NCBI RefSeq assembly: GCF_018350175.1 | Contig: NC_058368.1 | Span: 11,036,001-11,100,000, forward strand | Source of the DNA: Felis catus | Taxonomy: Eukaryota | DNA: 64,000 nt | Direction: 5' to 3' | Notes under the pieces: generated by a model | Databases searched by the model: none | What the model saw: only the letters and a program-made list of their open reading frames with translations | Told to the model about the DNA's origin: nothing | Program-made: the position numbers and the translations under genes | Shown: positions 48,161 to 61,612 of the stretch, piece by piece | How positions within the stretch are numbered: the stretch's first letter is position 1 | Layout: every line of letters starts with the position of its first letter

Positions 48161-50530
48161 AAAAATACTAGCTTAAGCTCCTCTTTCATCAGTCTGCCAT
48201 CTTACCTCCATTTTCTTGCAAAATACATACATATATGTATGTACATGTGTGCATACACATATATGGAATACACACGAACACACGTTTTTAAAAATGAATC
48301 AGAGCCACTATTCTGCAACCTCCTATATTTTTTGTCTTTTACCTTCTCCACCAAGGGGCACTGAGCCTTTAAATCACCAGCAGCCAAGTGTGGCGCCATG
48401 AATGCCAGCACCCTCTCCTTCCTGACCAGCACAGGGCACCTACTTCACCTCTTTAGCCCTCTCCCCTCCAACTTCAAGTCCTCTGTCAGCATTTCCATTT
48501 CTCTTCTGCCCCTTCTTTCCTTCTGGACAATGTCTTTTTCTATTTCCCTGATTTTTTTGTCCTCAACAAGGACATGTGAGGTATCTCACTTTAAGACTAT
48601 GGTATTCTGTGACCATCACGGCTGTTAAAGTCTCCTGAAACAGCATGCTACCTATTTACAAGACTCTCTTCCTCAAAGGTCATTGGACATTTGGCTGTCC
48701 AAGCATTCTCGAAGCTAGTTGGGTTGTATAACTGGAAGAAAGGGTTACATCATAGATGCTGAGAAGGGCCATTTTGATTTAGGCATTGCAGCACACTTAC
48801 TTCTGAGCATATTTCCCCATCTTTGCTTCATAAGTAGTTTATTTCTTCACAGTAGTAGTGATTCAGGCCCTGTGGGACCACTCCAGCCTATTTGAATAAG
48901 CTATCAATAACATTAAAAGCCTTCCCAGACACTGATGTTGGCCAGCACTTACAGGCTAGTGCAAATTGGATGAGTGCCTTTTGGGTGTTTCCAGTTTCTC
49001 CTCGGTGTTTGTTAAACAGCTGGGCATTTATCAGAAATGGCCATTGGACACAGACACATTATAGTATATGCTTTTAATTGTATTTTGACTGAAACTTGAT
49101 TCAGTAGAATCAAGTAGAACTTGATTTCTTGTTGGATCATGTCCTTAGCACCGGAAAGGAATCCTGGAAGCACTGAATAGAAATTGTACGTGAATTATCC
49201 CCGTTGACAGAGGACAGTCAGACTGGCACAGCCCCCAGACCGGGTGTGAGGACTGTTGATTAGGAGACAGAGAGGAGGAGCCCAGGGTCTGTGCCCTCCT
49301 GCTGTCATCTCCCGCCTGACACAGCACCCCAGGCCCACCGACCCAGCCAAGGGCCAACGCCAGCTGGACCCTGGATTACACAGAAAGGAACAATTCAAAG
49401 CGAACCAGGGGCCTGGAGGAAATGGTGGCAGCACTCTTGACTTCATTTGTATCTTGGATGAGATTCAGGACATCAGTGATTTCTCCCTTGAAATTTGTGT
49501 GAAAATTGCCTGGGCAACATGTATCTTTTCTTTCTTTTTCTTTACTTTTTTTTTTTTTTTCTTTTTTTGGAAGAGAGTCTATGGCTTTGACCAAGTTCTT
49601 ACAGGAATCCATGACTAAAAAATAAGTGGTTGAGAACGTCAGTTCTGTTTTTTCTCCCTAGTCTATAATAGCCTCTTCTTTGCTAATGGTAAGTTTTATT
49701 TGAGTTGTCCTGAAGGGAAAGAAGTTTGAGATGTTCTAAATCTCCCAAGTTCATCATCCACAGCCAGGGGAAGGGGTGCTTTTAATCCCAAACCCTTACC
49801 TTCCTGAGCACCCAGTGAATCCAAGAAATTACAGAATTGGAGGGGGGCCACTCTAGTAAGGTTGAACAGTATGGAGGGTGATACCGTGCACTTGCCAATG
49901 TGGTCTGACAGCTGCAGGAAGATGCTCACTGGCATAGCTGAGCGGGCAAACTGGGCTGCCATCCCAGTGAACAGGTTCTGTGAATGGACCTTTAATATTT
50001 GGGCTCAGGTGGGCATAAATTCCCACAACTTTGCCTTTAGCCCTAGACAGCTGAAAGTCCAAACACACCTTCAGATCCTAAATTCTAACATACAACCTAA
50101 CACAGTAGTTTAAAAACCCTATGAAGTTTTGAATCCTAAGTGCAATGAAAATTGATGATACTCATTTTGTTTTCCACTCAGAACGGAAGTTCCTCAAGAG
50201 TAATGATACTGGTCAGTGGAAAGAATGGGTGCCTGACATATATATAAACTAAACAGAATCCCCCTTTTGCAAAATGACTAATCTGAAATAATATAAAAGT
50301 GAAATCAAGTCATAACCAAGTCCTGGTTCAGATGCAGTTAGGTTTTTAAGAGCTTAAGGACTTTCTTTTATTGTGCCACACACTGTGATCAATTGACCAA
50401 ACATGCATGCAGAAAAAAGAATAAATATGTGATTTTTTTTTATTTTTGGAAGTTCTCTATTAGTAACTTAATATCGGTATCATCATCATATCGCAGAGAA
50501 TGCACAACCTTATTTTCAAGTGGGGATTCA

Positions 50531-50685
50531 GGGACACCTGGATGGCTCAGTTGGTTGAGTGTATGACTCTTGGTTTTGGCTCAGGTCATGATCCCAGAGT
50601 TGTGGGATCGAGCCCTGTGTCAGTTCCATGCTGAGTGTGGAACCTGCTTAAGATTCTCTCTCTTTCTCTCCTTGCCCCTTCCCCA

Positions 50686-50736
<51 letters not shown>

Positions 50737-50770
50737 CCTCTTCCTCTCCCTCTCCCTCTCAAAAAAAAAA
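50531..50770 (+). mobile_element. CAN-SINE (older)
   Basis: GGGACACCTGGATGGCTCAG head, long CT tract, A tail. Confidence 0.9.
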
Positions 50771-53189
50771 TTCTCTTCTGCTGAACTCTCAGGTCTGCTC
50801 ATGTGTTTTATCTGTGAATTTGAGTGAAGTTTCTGGATTTTTGTGGATGGATTTACTTATTTGCCAAAGTTTGCAAGGTGGTCTCTATTTAACTGGAACG
50901 TCCATTAGGTAAGAGGATGTGCTTTACTGAAAGGAGAAAGACCATCATTGAGGATTAACCAATCAAAGCAGAAGAAAGTGATGACAGACTGATGTTAATC
51001 TCATTATCATATAGTTGATTGTAAACCATTTCTGCTTAAGTGCCAAATAGATCCCTCTGTTTACAAATAGAGTGCTTCCTTTGGCATCAGCAGTAGCTTG
51101 GTGTGCCTTTTTTAAAGGGCTTATGTAGAGTCTGTCACTTACTACTTTACAGTTACAATAAATTTCATTTATTTACCATTACAGGGGAACATGTTCTAAA
51201 TATGTTTTTCTAAATTGGTTTTTCAGACAATTTAAGCCCACTTTGTTGAGTGTTCCTAAAACCAAGATCCTCACACTGTCTCCTGATAGAGAGAGTACTG
51301 ACGTTAACTTTCCCTTTTCTGGATGGCTTGGGCCATCTGTGTTAACAGGGGGAGGACCTTCTGGGGCTGTAAACCTGTGTATGTGGGACCATTTGTCCAT
51401 TAAGCTAAATTACCCCAGATGTCTGTGCTTTCTGACTTTTTCACTCTGATTTTTATGGACCTTTTTCCTCCACAGATTGTCATGATTACTTTCCACAACT
51501 GTCAGAGTATTTAATATACAACCATTCCCTGCAGTTACCTGGACGACTCCACTCCTTTCTTATATAGCAAAGAGCACTTAAAAATGCTGTTCTTTTAGAC
51601 ATACTAAGAGAGTGAGGATTGATGACACTTAATTCAGGGCGATGATGTTTATTGGTTTTAATTATTCTCAAAATGGATTTTGGTTAAAGAATAGCTTCTA
51701 ATTCACTATAATAATGGAGGTAAAATTCTAAAATGTATATTTCAATTTTTAAATTTTGAATTTGTAAGGGCAAAGTCTCTTATTCGCCTTCATCTGAAGT
51801 CAGTCTACTAATTGCACCTTGACCACAAATTTTGGCTCCATATATTTTGTATATGGTGTATTGTAAATAACACAAATGATAAAATAATGCAAATAAAAGA
51901 GCCAAAAAGGGAGATAAAATGGGAGAATTGACATCATTATGCATAGAAATGTAACTTTTCAATAAGTACAGAGAGATTCAAATATATTTAGAGTTGTATG
52001 TCTCCCAGTTTTAAGATACTGGCCACACACTAAATGGCTTGATGACTTGGTTTCTATATATATTCCTACAAAAATAATCTTTCCTAGTACATGCTTAATA
52101 ATCAAAAACGTAATTTTTATTTATTTTCAATTCATTAATTCTTTTGTGGAATGGAGACAATGCCACCATTATTCATTACACCTCTCAACATTTATTTATT
52201 TCTCAGTGCGTTCTTCAGCATTATAAGTAGATACATTTTAGCCTGTAAACCAAATAAACGTCTACAGTTTGCTTGCTTAAAACTTCTATACAGTTAGGTG
52301 ACAGTGGCTGTGAGTCGTATAATGAGATGCTATGTAATGAAATAAAAATATATTTCAGTCAAATAGAAGAGTCTGGTCACTATAGAGGCTTCTTCTTTTG
52401 TCCTGGAGCACCATTTAAGGTCGTTTTGTTTTGTTTTGTTTTGTTTTGTTTTCACTTCCACACTAGAGTTGTTTGCAGGCTTTGTTTTCCACCAGTTGCC
52501 AGTCCCCTGGAGATATGGCAGGTGATCAACAAAGCTGATTATTCTGCGTGTGTAAAACCAGGTAATGGAGGTCCCCAAACCATTCTTCACCAGAACTATT
52601 TAGTTGCTTTTCTCTACAAATGAAGCTCATAGCATAGTTATAAATTGCTCGTTATATCTTCAATGTGTTTGTGGAACACCATTTTTGTTTTCCTGTTTTA
52701 TTTATTGTATTTTACTTATTATTTCTCAGCCTATTTTATTCCAACAGGAAGAGGTACCACTACTGCCTAAATTCACTTTCCCTGATGTTTACCAAAATAA
52801 CACACCTACCCGCCTCCCTCACTTCTCAGTGAATCTGCTCTCGGGTTGACTGTGTGAAATCTCTGTCCAGTGGGGGAGAAGAGGCAGAGGCTCCAAACAG
52901 TGGTCACCAGCATGAGCGTTTGATTAGAGGGTTGACTCTGAAGGCAGTTGTGCAATATGGATAGATAGCACTGTAGACAAATCTAGATTTCGCTCTTGAT
53001 TGTCTACCTTTCTCTAGAGTTTGACCTTCGGATTTAGGAGGTGTGGTGAACAGCAACGAAGAGGTAGGAGATCGTGCTACTAACCTTCTTCTGGGCAATA
53101 TAGCCTTAGTCAGACAACAAGCCATTGCTCCTATGCGTGGTAACTAATCTCAACCCCAGCCCCTGGACCAGGACCCGGCACATAGTAGG

Positions 53190-53315
53190 TGCTTAGTTTT
53201 TTTCATCTGTAAAATGAGGATTCTAATGCCTACTTCACAGTTTGTTGGTGAGGGGAAAGCAGGAGAATATTTTAAATGCCCAGAGCTGTGCCCAACATGT
53301 ATTAGGCTCCTGTTA
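53190..53315 (+). mobile_element. MIR
   Basis: TTCATCTGTAAAATGAGGAT..AATGCCTACTTCACAG core. Confidence 0.7.
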
Positions 53316-53995
53316 ATAAAAATAAAGTCAGAAGCCTATAACTAATTCAGCTCTGTTTTACCAGGCAGTTTGATCTCTCAGCCTGAGATGGCAATGGAAG
53401 ATGGATAGGGAAGCCCTGACTCTAACATTTTTAAGTTGGCTCTGAACTATCATGAATGCTTTTATGTTCCCTGGGATCTGGGTACCAAGAAAACATTGAA
53501 AACAACAACATAGATTTCTACATTACAGATGGCCTGGAGGAAAAACTCCCATAGCCAGGAAAGTTCATTCAGACATCTGGTTGAAACCTCTAACATGTGA
53601 GAACCTGAATGACCTTGTGGACCCATTGTCAGGCAACAGCTTTTCCTGGGAGGGCAGCCTGTATTCTCTCTGGGGGTTCAGTGTGAAACCATGAGGCTTC
53701 AGGTTTGAAAATTAGAGCCTCATCCCAATGCTGTTTATCTAGTCCAGGTGGGAGCCTAGATGATCTAGCTAAGCCATTTAGATAAAGTGAAAACTCAAGA
53801 GGTCAGAGCAAGAACATGAGCTATATGACTCCTCCAGTGTGATTCATGTTGATCAGGGAAAGGCACTTAGGGGACCTTAAGTTCACTTTATCCGCCCTAT
53901 TGGTGGAGGATGATAATTTCATCGCATATGACTTTTGATTATAATGTCTTACTGAGATGTGCATTGAGGGCAGATGAATCTCAGGGAATGACTTG

Positions 53996-53996
53996 G

Positions 53997-54034
<38 letters not shown>

Positions 54035-54066
54035 ATGTGTGTGCGTGTGTGTGTGCGTGTGTGCGT
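53996..54066. repeat. Interrupted (TG)n microsatellite
   Basis: Direct reading. Confidence 0.95.
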
Positions 54067-55736
54067 TTAAGTGGTATCTTAATGATTCTGAAAATTACCT
54101 AAGGAAGATGTTGTAATCAGCCAGATCATGCTGGCTTGTCAACATTGGGCCATGTTTCTGCATTTCTAATTCAATTACCTGGAAACTTGTATCATTAAAA
54201 TAAAAGGCATTCATGTTTTATGTCTTGATAGGAAAAAGAAAAAGGAAGATTAATGATACTTTAGAAAATAATCTGGCTCTACTCAGGAAATGATCTCTTC
54301 TCACTCATTTTGCATTTCAGCCTAAAACAGCCCTGTCCATAGCTCTATAATTAGAAATATAATAGTCAAAGCCAGGCACTAGGAAAAATGTCAGATTCAT
54401 TTTCTCCACCCCCACATGTACTATATTTGTTTGGTTTATTTTCTTCTTGCTCAATGAGGAAATTTTCTTTAAATATATAAGTGTCAGAAAATATAAAACT
54501 AAATCACCACGTTTATCATTTGGGGTATAATCTATTTTTATACTAGTTAATTGTGTGTTTGGAGACATATGCACAGGAAAGGCTTCCCTGTATTATTTAT
54601 ATAGTAACTTTTCAGCCCATAGGAGTGTGTTGCATTTTGAACTCATATAACAAGTAAATACTTCTACCCTAAATGTCTGAAAGGACACCCAATGTGATCA
54701 TCTGTACAAAAAAATGTGTCTCAAAAACTGACGTAAGCATTACACATTGGTTTTCTGTTTAGACCTACATCAAATCCTAAGATATTTAGAAGTTAACTGG
54801 TGTAAAATAACATACCATTTACTGAAAATAATTTAAAAAGCCCATAGCTTTATAATCTTTTTTCAAATAATTTTCATTAGGCACTTTCCCACAAGCATTC
54901 TGTGGCCTGGTACATGAACTTGACATTACAGTAATGCAGACATTTGCTTTCTAAGACTTTACAGTGGATCAAAGACAGCTTTTATGCTGATACGTCATTC
55001 TAGAAGTGTAAGGTTCCCCGGACCTCACAGCCCACACTCTCAGAACCTGCTCCCATCCAAGATTCTACTCACCTCTCCACTGACACACACCAGATAAGCC
55101 CAGAAATCAGCTGGTCAGACCACAGGTATCAGGTGGGTACCATTGCCTAAGAGAGGCAGGAAGTGATACAAGAAAAATACAAGACAGAGCTCTGGCATTT
55201 GAATGACACAGGCCATTGAAGAGAAGAAATAAACATATGAGAAACCATTAATGAACAAACTGTATAAAATTAAGTGCTCAATTGTGTGAGGTTCAGAGTT
55301 GTTTTCCTGTTATTACAGAACCAATCAAGAGGAAACAGACTTACATAAGGCTGACTTTGTTAGACATAAAGAAGGTCAAGCTTCCCTGTGGGTTAGATAC
55401 ATATTAATTTGATGGCAAGACTAGAAGAGCTTGGTGCCTGTTAGTACTAATTTGTGGGTTTAATAGCTGCAGTGCATGGCTGTAAGGTAGACATCCCTGA
55501 ACTACCCTAAATTATGTACTTGATCTTTTGTTAGTTTAGAAAAGGCTGCTTGGCATCAGCTAAGAAGCTGCACTTTATATGACGTGAGGCCAAGTAACCT
55601 CTTTACAAAGAAACAATTATATGATAAGCTAAAAATTTGGCCTATAATCGTCCTACAAGGAGTGTGGGGAAGGGAGAGAAACTAGCCGATTTTCATGTCA
55701 TCCTTCCTGGCAAAAAAATTGTGCTGATTGCAGCTT

Positions 55737-58700
55737 GCTTTAGTTATTTATTTGTGATGAGAGCACTTACACGAGATCTACCTTTATCACAAAAATCTAA
55801 GTGTACTTAATTTTAAGTGTATTGTTGACTGTAGGTACAATGTTGTATGGAAGATGGCTAGAACTTATTTATCTTCCTTAACTGAAACTTTATGGTGATC
55901 GCTTCCCATTTCTTCCTCTCCCAGCCACTGGCAAATACCACCCCAGGCTTTGATGCTATGGATTTGACTATTTTAGATACCTCATATAAGTGGAATCGTA
56001 CGGTGTGTGTCCTTCTGTGATTGGCTGATTTCTTTTAACATAGTGTCCTCCAGGTTCATCCATGTTATCACATATTGCAGAGTGTCCTTTTTTTTTTATA
56101 AGGTGAATAGTATTCCATTGTATGTATACATCATGTTTTCTTTATTCATTTCTCTGTTGATGGACACTTAAATTGTTCCCATATTTGGCTACTGCACCGA
56201 ACATGGGAGTGCTAATATCCCTTCAAGATCCTCATTTCGGTTATTTAGGAAAATACCCCAAGATAAGATTACTGGGTGATTTGGTAGTTTTACTTTTACT
56301 TTCTTAATAAAATTATATGCTGTTTTTTTATAGCAGTCACATCATTTTGCATTCCCACCAACAGGATGCAAGGATTCCAGTTTCTCCACATCCCTGCCAA
56401 CACTTGTTGTCTCCTGTTTTGTTTTGGTTTGTTTTGGTTTGGTTTTGGTTTTTTTTGACAATAGGTATCCTGACAGGTTGTGGTTCTGATTTGTATTTCT
56501 GATTAGTGGCATTGAACATTTTTTCATATACCTGTTAACTCTGTATGTCTTCTTTGGAGAAGTGCCTATTCAAGTCCTTAGTCCATTTTTGAAGAATTGT
56601 AGGAGTTCCTTAGTATTTCGGAGATTAATCCATAATCAGAAGTGTGGTTTGCAAATATTTTCTCCCATTTTGTAGGTTGCCTTTGTATTCTAATTGTTTC
56701 CTTTGCTGTGAAAAAGCTTTTTATTTTTATATAGTTTCACTTGTTTTTGTTCTTGTTGCCCGTGCTTTTGGTGTCATATCCATAAAATTGTTGCCAAGAT
56801 CAATGTCATGAAGTGTTTTCCAGTGTGTTCTTTTAGGAGTTTTATAGTTTCAGGTCTTTTTTTTTTTTTTCCAATGTTTATTTATTTTTGAGAGACAGAG
56901 AATGACAGAGTGTGAGTAGGGAAGGGGCATAGAGAGAGGGAGACACAGAATCCGAAGCAGGCTCCAGGTTCTGAGCTGTCAGCACAGAGCCTGACGCGGG
57001 GCTCGAACCCATGAACCGTGAGATCATGACCTGGGCCAAAGTCAGTTACCCAACCGACTGAGCCACCCAGGCGCCCCAGTTTCAGGTCTTATAGTTAAGT
57101 CTTTGATCAATTTTGAGTTGATATTTGTGTATAGTGTAAGATAAGGGCACAATTCCTTTCTTTTACATGTGGATAACCACTTTTCTCAACACTATTTATT
57201 GGTTGAAGTAACTATTTTTCCCCTTTGTGTATTCTTGACACCTTACTGAACATCAGTCAGCCATGTGCATGGATTTATTTCTGAGCTCTCTATTCTGTTC
57301 CTTTGGTCTATATATGTCTGTATGTCAGCGCCATTCTGTTTTGATTCCTATAGCTTTGTAATATATTTTGAAATCAAGAAGTATGATGCCCTCACTTTGT
57401 TCTTTCTCAAGATTGATTTGACTATTCTTATTCTTTTGCATCTTTATAGAATTGTAGAATCTTTGTTCTGTTTCTTCAAAAAATGCCACCGTGATTGCAT
57501 TGAGTTTGTTGATCACTTTGGATATAGTATGGACATTTTAACACTATTTAACACTATTTCAACCCATGAACATGGATGTCTTTCTATTTGTTTTGTCTTC
57601 TTTAGTTTCTTTCATCAGTGTTTCATAGTTCTCAGGTTTATTATTAAGTATTTTATTCTTTTTGGTGCTATCTTAAATGGATTGTTGCCCTAATTTTCTT
57701 TTTAGATAGTTTATTGTAAGTATTCTGAAATGCAACTTATTTTTGTATCTTGCAGTTTTCTAAATTTGTTGATGTGTTCTAAAGGCTTTCTTGTGTAGTC
57801 CTTATGGTTTTCTCTATGTAAGATCATGTTGTCTGCAAACAGGAACAATTTTACGTCTTTTCCGATTTGGATTCCTTTTCTTTCTTTTTCTTGTCTAATT
57901 GCTTGGACTAGGATATCCAGTAGCTTATTGACTAGAAGTTGCAAGGATGGGTATCCATATCTTGTTTCTGATCTTAGAGCAGAAGCTTTTAATTTTCACC
58001 TTTATGATGTTAGCTGTGGGCCTTTTATATATGGTTTTTATATGCTTAAATATTTTCCTTTGACTCCTGGTTTGTTGAGAATGTGTATCATGAAGAAATA
58101 CTGAATTTTGTCTTTTTCTTTTTTTTGCATTTATTGAAATGATAATGTGATCTTTATCTTTTATTCTGTTATTGTGGTGTATCACATTGATTTTCATATG
58201 TTGAACAATCCTTCCATCATAGAGATAAATCACTTGGTTGTGGTATGATCCTTCTAATACGCTTTTAGCAAACACTAGTTTGCTAATGTTTTATTGAGTT
58301 TTGTTTTGTTTTTTTGTTTCTTTGTTTGTATTTTGCATGTATATTTACCAGAGATATTGATGTAGTTTTCTTTTCTTGTGGGGTTTGGCTTTAGTATCAG
58401 GGTAATGTTGGCCTTATAACATGAGTTTGGAAGTATTCTCTCCTATTCCATTTTTGGAAGAGCTTGAGAAAGAATGGCATTAATTTGTTTTTAAATGTTT
58501 GGTTTTATTAACCAGTGAAGCCATCTAATCCCAGACTTTTATTTATTGGGAAATTTTGATTACTGATTCAGTCACTATACTAACTATAAGTCTGTTCAGA
58601 CTTTTTAATTTCTTTATGATTTAGCCTTGGAAGGTCGTATATTTCTAGGAATTTACTCATTTCTTCTAGGTTATCTAGTTGTTGGTATGTAATTATTCAC

Positions 58701-59175
58701 AGTGCTCTCTTATGATCTTCTTCACTTCTATGGCTCCAGTCGTAATGACTCCTTCTTCATTTCTGATTTTGAGTTTTTTTCAGTTAGTCTAACTAAGAGT
58801 TTATCAATTTTGTTTATCTTTTCAGAAAACAACTGGAAAACTCACAAATATGTAAAAACTAAACAGCACACTTTTGAGGAACCATTGACAAAGAAAAAAA
58901 TCAAAAAGGATATTAGAAAATACCTTAAGACGAATGTAAAATACAGTAAAACAGAACTAAGGAGGAAGTTCATTGCCATAAATTCTTACCTTAAAAAAAA
59001 GAAGAAAAATCTCAAATAGAACAACCTAAATTTAAACCTCAAGGAGCTAGAAAAAGTAGAACAAACTAAGCCCAAAATTAGCAAAAGGAAGGAATAATTA
59101 AGATTAGGACAAAAATAAATTAAATAGAAAATAGAAAAACAATAGAAAAAAAATTAAAACTAAGAGTTGGTTTTT
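55737..59175 (-). mobile_element. Old L1 (L1MA-like), ~3.4 kb, with 5' inversion
   Basis: Antisense ORF2 RT motifs (AIRQEKERKGIQIGK-DVKLFLFADNMIL; HIIISINAKK) to ~58834, then a sense ORF2 segment to 59175. Degenerate TSD TGATTG(C/T)AG(C/T)TT at 55725 and 59176. Confidence 0.92.
56859..57077 (-). mobile_element. Feliform CAN-SINE inside L1
   Basis: Perfect TSD AGTTTCAGGTCTT at 56846 and 57078. Confidence 0.95.
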
Positions 59176-60547
59176 TGATTGTAGTTTTTATTAACTTCAA
59201 AATTAGGAAAATAAATGTGCGAGTGTGGTAGTCAATTAAATCGAAGCAGGTATCTATAACCACATGACTTGCAGCGGAAATATGTTTATGCAATGAGAAA
59301 ATGTATATCAGTGTACTTGCAAGAATGCTTTATCCTAACTCTTAATTTAGGAATATAGAAAATGTTCATCCTGAAACCTCTCTAAGAGAAATTTCAAGTT
59401 ACCAGTGACTGCCAGTGCATGTCAATGCCAGGAGAAAGCAGCACAGACTAATAACTATATTAAACTTTCTGGTCCATCTGCTACAGAATTACTTTGTCAG
59501 TTTCTTCAGTAGGCTGCTAGATATCCCCTGTAGTCATTTTGTGTTCACTAATTCTTTGCCAGAGTGTACCCAGAATGATGCTAGGAATCTGATTTCTTGC
59601 TTTGATTCACCTTTTTCCCTTGTCTGAAGTATTTTTTCAGTGGAGACAATAACCTAACACATTAAGTTCAGTGTAAACAGGAAATCTGGCAGCAATAAAC
59701 TGGACCAAGGGCTAACTTTGTGAAGCCAAGTTTTAATGAGTAATTTGCAAAGTAATTAATCAGGAGGCCACTACCCTGAGAAAATGGGATAAGTGTATCC
59801 CACAATGACTTGGTGGCTTTCTTGGCTGCCCAGCGTGACAGTTTTCTGTGGGCCTCCTTATGGCCAGACTCCTCTCTAAGTAACCTGCCATTACCAGGAT
59901 CTAACAGAGAAAGTTGTAAACTCCAGAGTCCACTTACTTAGTCTTGAAAAACTGCAGATCATGAATCATTAATGATGTATCAGGGGGTTTGGAAAATCAA
60001 TTTAGTGATTCAGAGCCAGCTATTTTCAAATATGAAATGGGATAGACTAGTAATATCAAAGGGCATCTTGTATTCCAAGGTTAAATATTTTGCAAAAGAA
60101 AACTTTCATACACATGAAAGTATGTGTATACCAAGTTGGTACTAGATTGCAACATAATAATATTAATTTCTAACTATGGGTCTTGGTCAAAGAAGCTCAA
60201 GAGTCATGACTTTATATAATATTTTTTGAAATATGGAAATATTTTTTCAATTACATTTTAAATATAGTGATACATGAGAATTTATTTCTTTATGCTTAGG
60301 AAAAATAACTTCTCTAGGGAAATAAATGAATTTAAGGTGGCTGTATTCAGACACAAGAAATGGATATGCTTATATGATCCTCTAATCCATGATATTAGGT
60401 GTAAACTGCTTAATATTTTACACTATTAATTTAGGTATCTTGAAATATTTCAAAGCTATATTTATAACTATCTTTGTTGTAGATACCATTATGATATATG
60501 GATAGCAATGACGATAATGCAAATAATTTAAACATTTAAGCATTTTA

Positions 60548-60748
60548 TTTTTTATTTATTTTTGGGACAGAGAGAGACAGAGCATGAACGGGGGAGGGGC
60601 AGAGAGAGAGGGAGACACAGAATCGGAAGCAGGCTCCAGGCTCTGAGCCATCAGCCCAGAGCCCGACGCGGGGCTCGAACTCATGGACCGCGAGATCGTG
60701 ACCTGGCTGAAGTCGGACGCTTAACCGACTGCGCCACCCAGGCGCCCC
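60548..60748 (-). mobile_element. Young felid CAN-SINE
   Basis: Most CpGs intact; perfect 19-bp TSD TAAACATTTAAGCATTTTA at 60529 and 60750. Confidence 0.96.
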
Positions 60749-61021
60749 ATAAACATTTAAGCATTTTAGATAGCATTTCAAAATTTAGAGTCCTGATGCT
60801 AAAAAAATAAAATAAGATCTAATAAAAGCATGAACAGAACAAATCTACATGTTCTTCCAAGCAGTAGAGAAAACAATGAGAGTATTTCAAGGCTATCACC
60901 AAATTTCTTTTTCATATGTTGTCACAGAAATTCTATAAAGCCCTGTTACTTTTAGTTTTGAGTATTTTTCTTCACCATCCACAGTGGCACATTGATTATT
61001 TCTACTTAAAATAGAGCAGAT

Positions 61022-61238
61022 GGGGCGCCTGGGTGGCTCAGTCGGTTGAGCGTCCAACTTTGGCTCAGGTCATGATCTCGTGGTTCGTGAGTTCGAGCCC
61101 CATGTCGGGCTCTGTGCTGACAGCACAGAGCCTGGAGCCTGCTTCGGATTCTGTGTCTCCCTCTCTCTCTGCTCCTCCCCCACTCATGCTCTGTCTCTTG
61201 CTCTCCTTCAAAAATAAATTAAAAAACATTAAAAAAAA
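61022..61238 (+). mobile_element. Feliform CAN-SINE
   Basis: GGGGCGCCTGGGTGGCTCAGTCGG head, CT tract, A tail. Confidence 0.95.
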
Positions 61239-61400
61239 TTCTGTTTAAATCTACAGAACAGAGAAGCAACATAGGAACACACACTCTGGAACCAGACTCC
61301 ATGGGTTATGTGACCTAGAGATGGTTCTTTAACCTGTTGATTATCACTTTTCTCATCCATAAAATGGAGGAGATAACAGAGTCTATGTTAAGGAAGAGTA

Positions 61401-61612
61401 GGGGTGCCTGGGTGGCTCAGCCGGTAAAGCATCCGACTTCGGCTGAGGTCATGATCTCACAGTTTGTTTGAGGCCAGCGTCCCCCTCTGTGCTGACAGCT
61501 CAGAGCCTGGAGCCTGCTTTGGATTCTGTCTCCTTCTCTCTCTGCCCCTCCCCACTTGTGCTCTGTCTCTGAAAGATAAATAAATGAAAAATTTTTTAAA
61601 ATATATATTTTT
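61401..61612 (+). mobile_element. Feliform CAN-SINE inserted in a MIR
   Basis: TSD-like TTAAGGAAG; MIR core TTTCTCATCCATAAAATGGAGG at ~61350. Confidence 0.9.

Noticed and set aside
50181..50210. Possible 30-nt micro-exon (TTTTCCACTCAG|...CTG|GTCAGT) and other lone acceptor-like sites (37770, 46639)
   Set aside because: Splice-like motifs of this strength are frequent in introns; no supporting evidence in the sequence.
57265..59019. RT-like ORFs (LFADNMIL etc.)
   Set aside because: Frameshifted, stop-containing L1 ORF2 relic; not an active or novel reverse transcriptase system.
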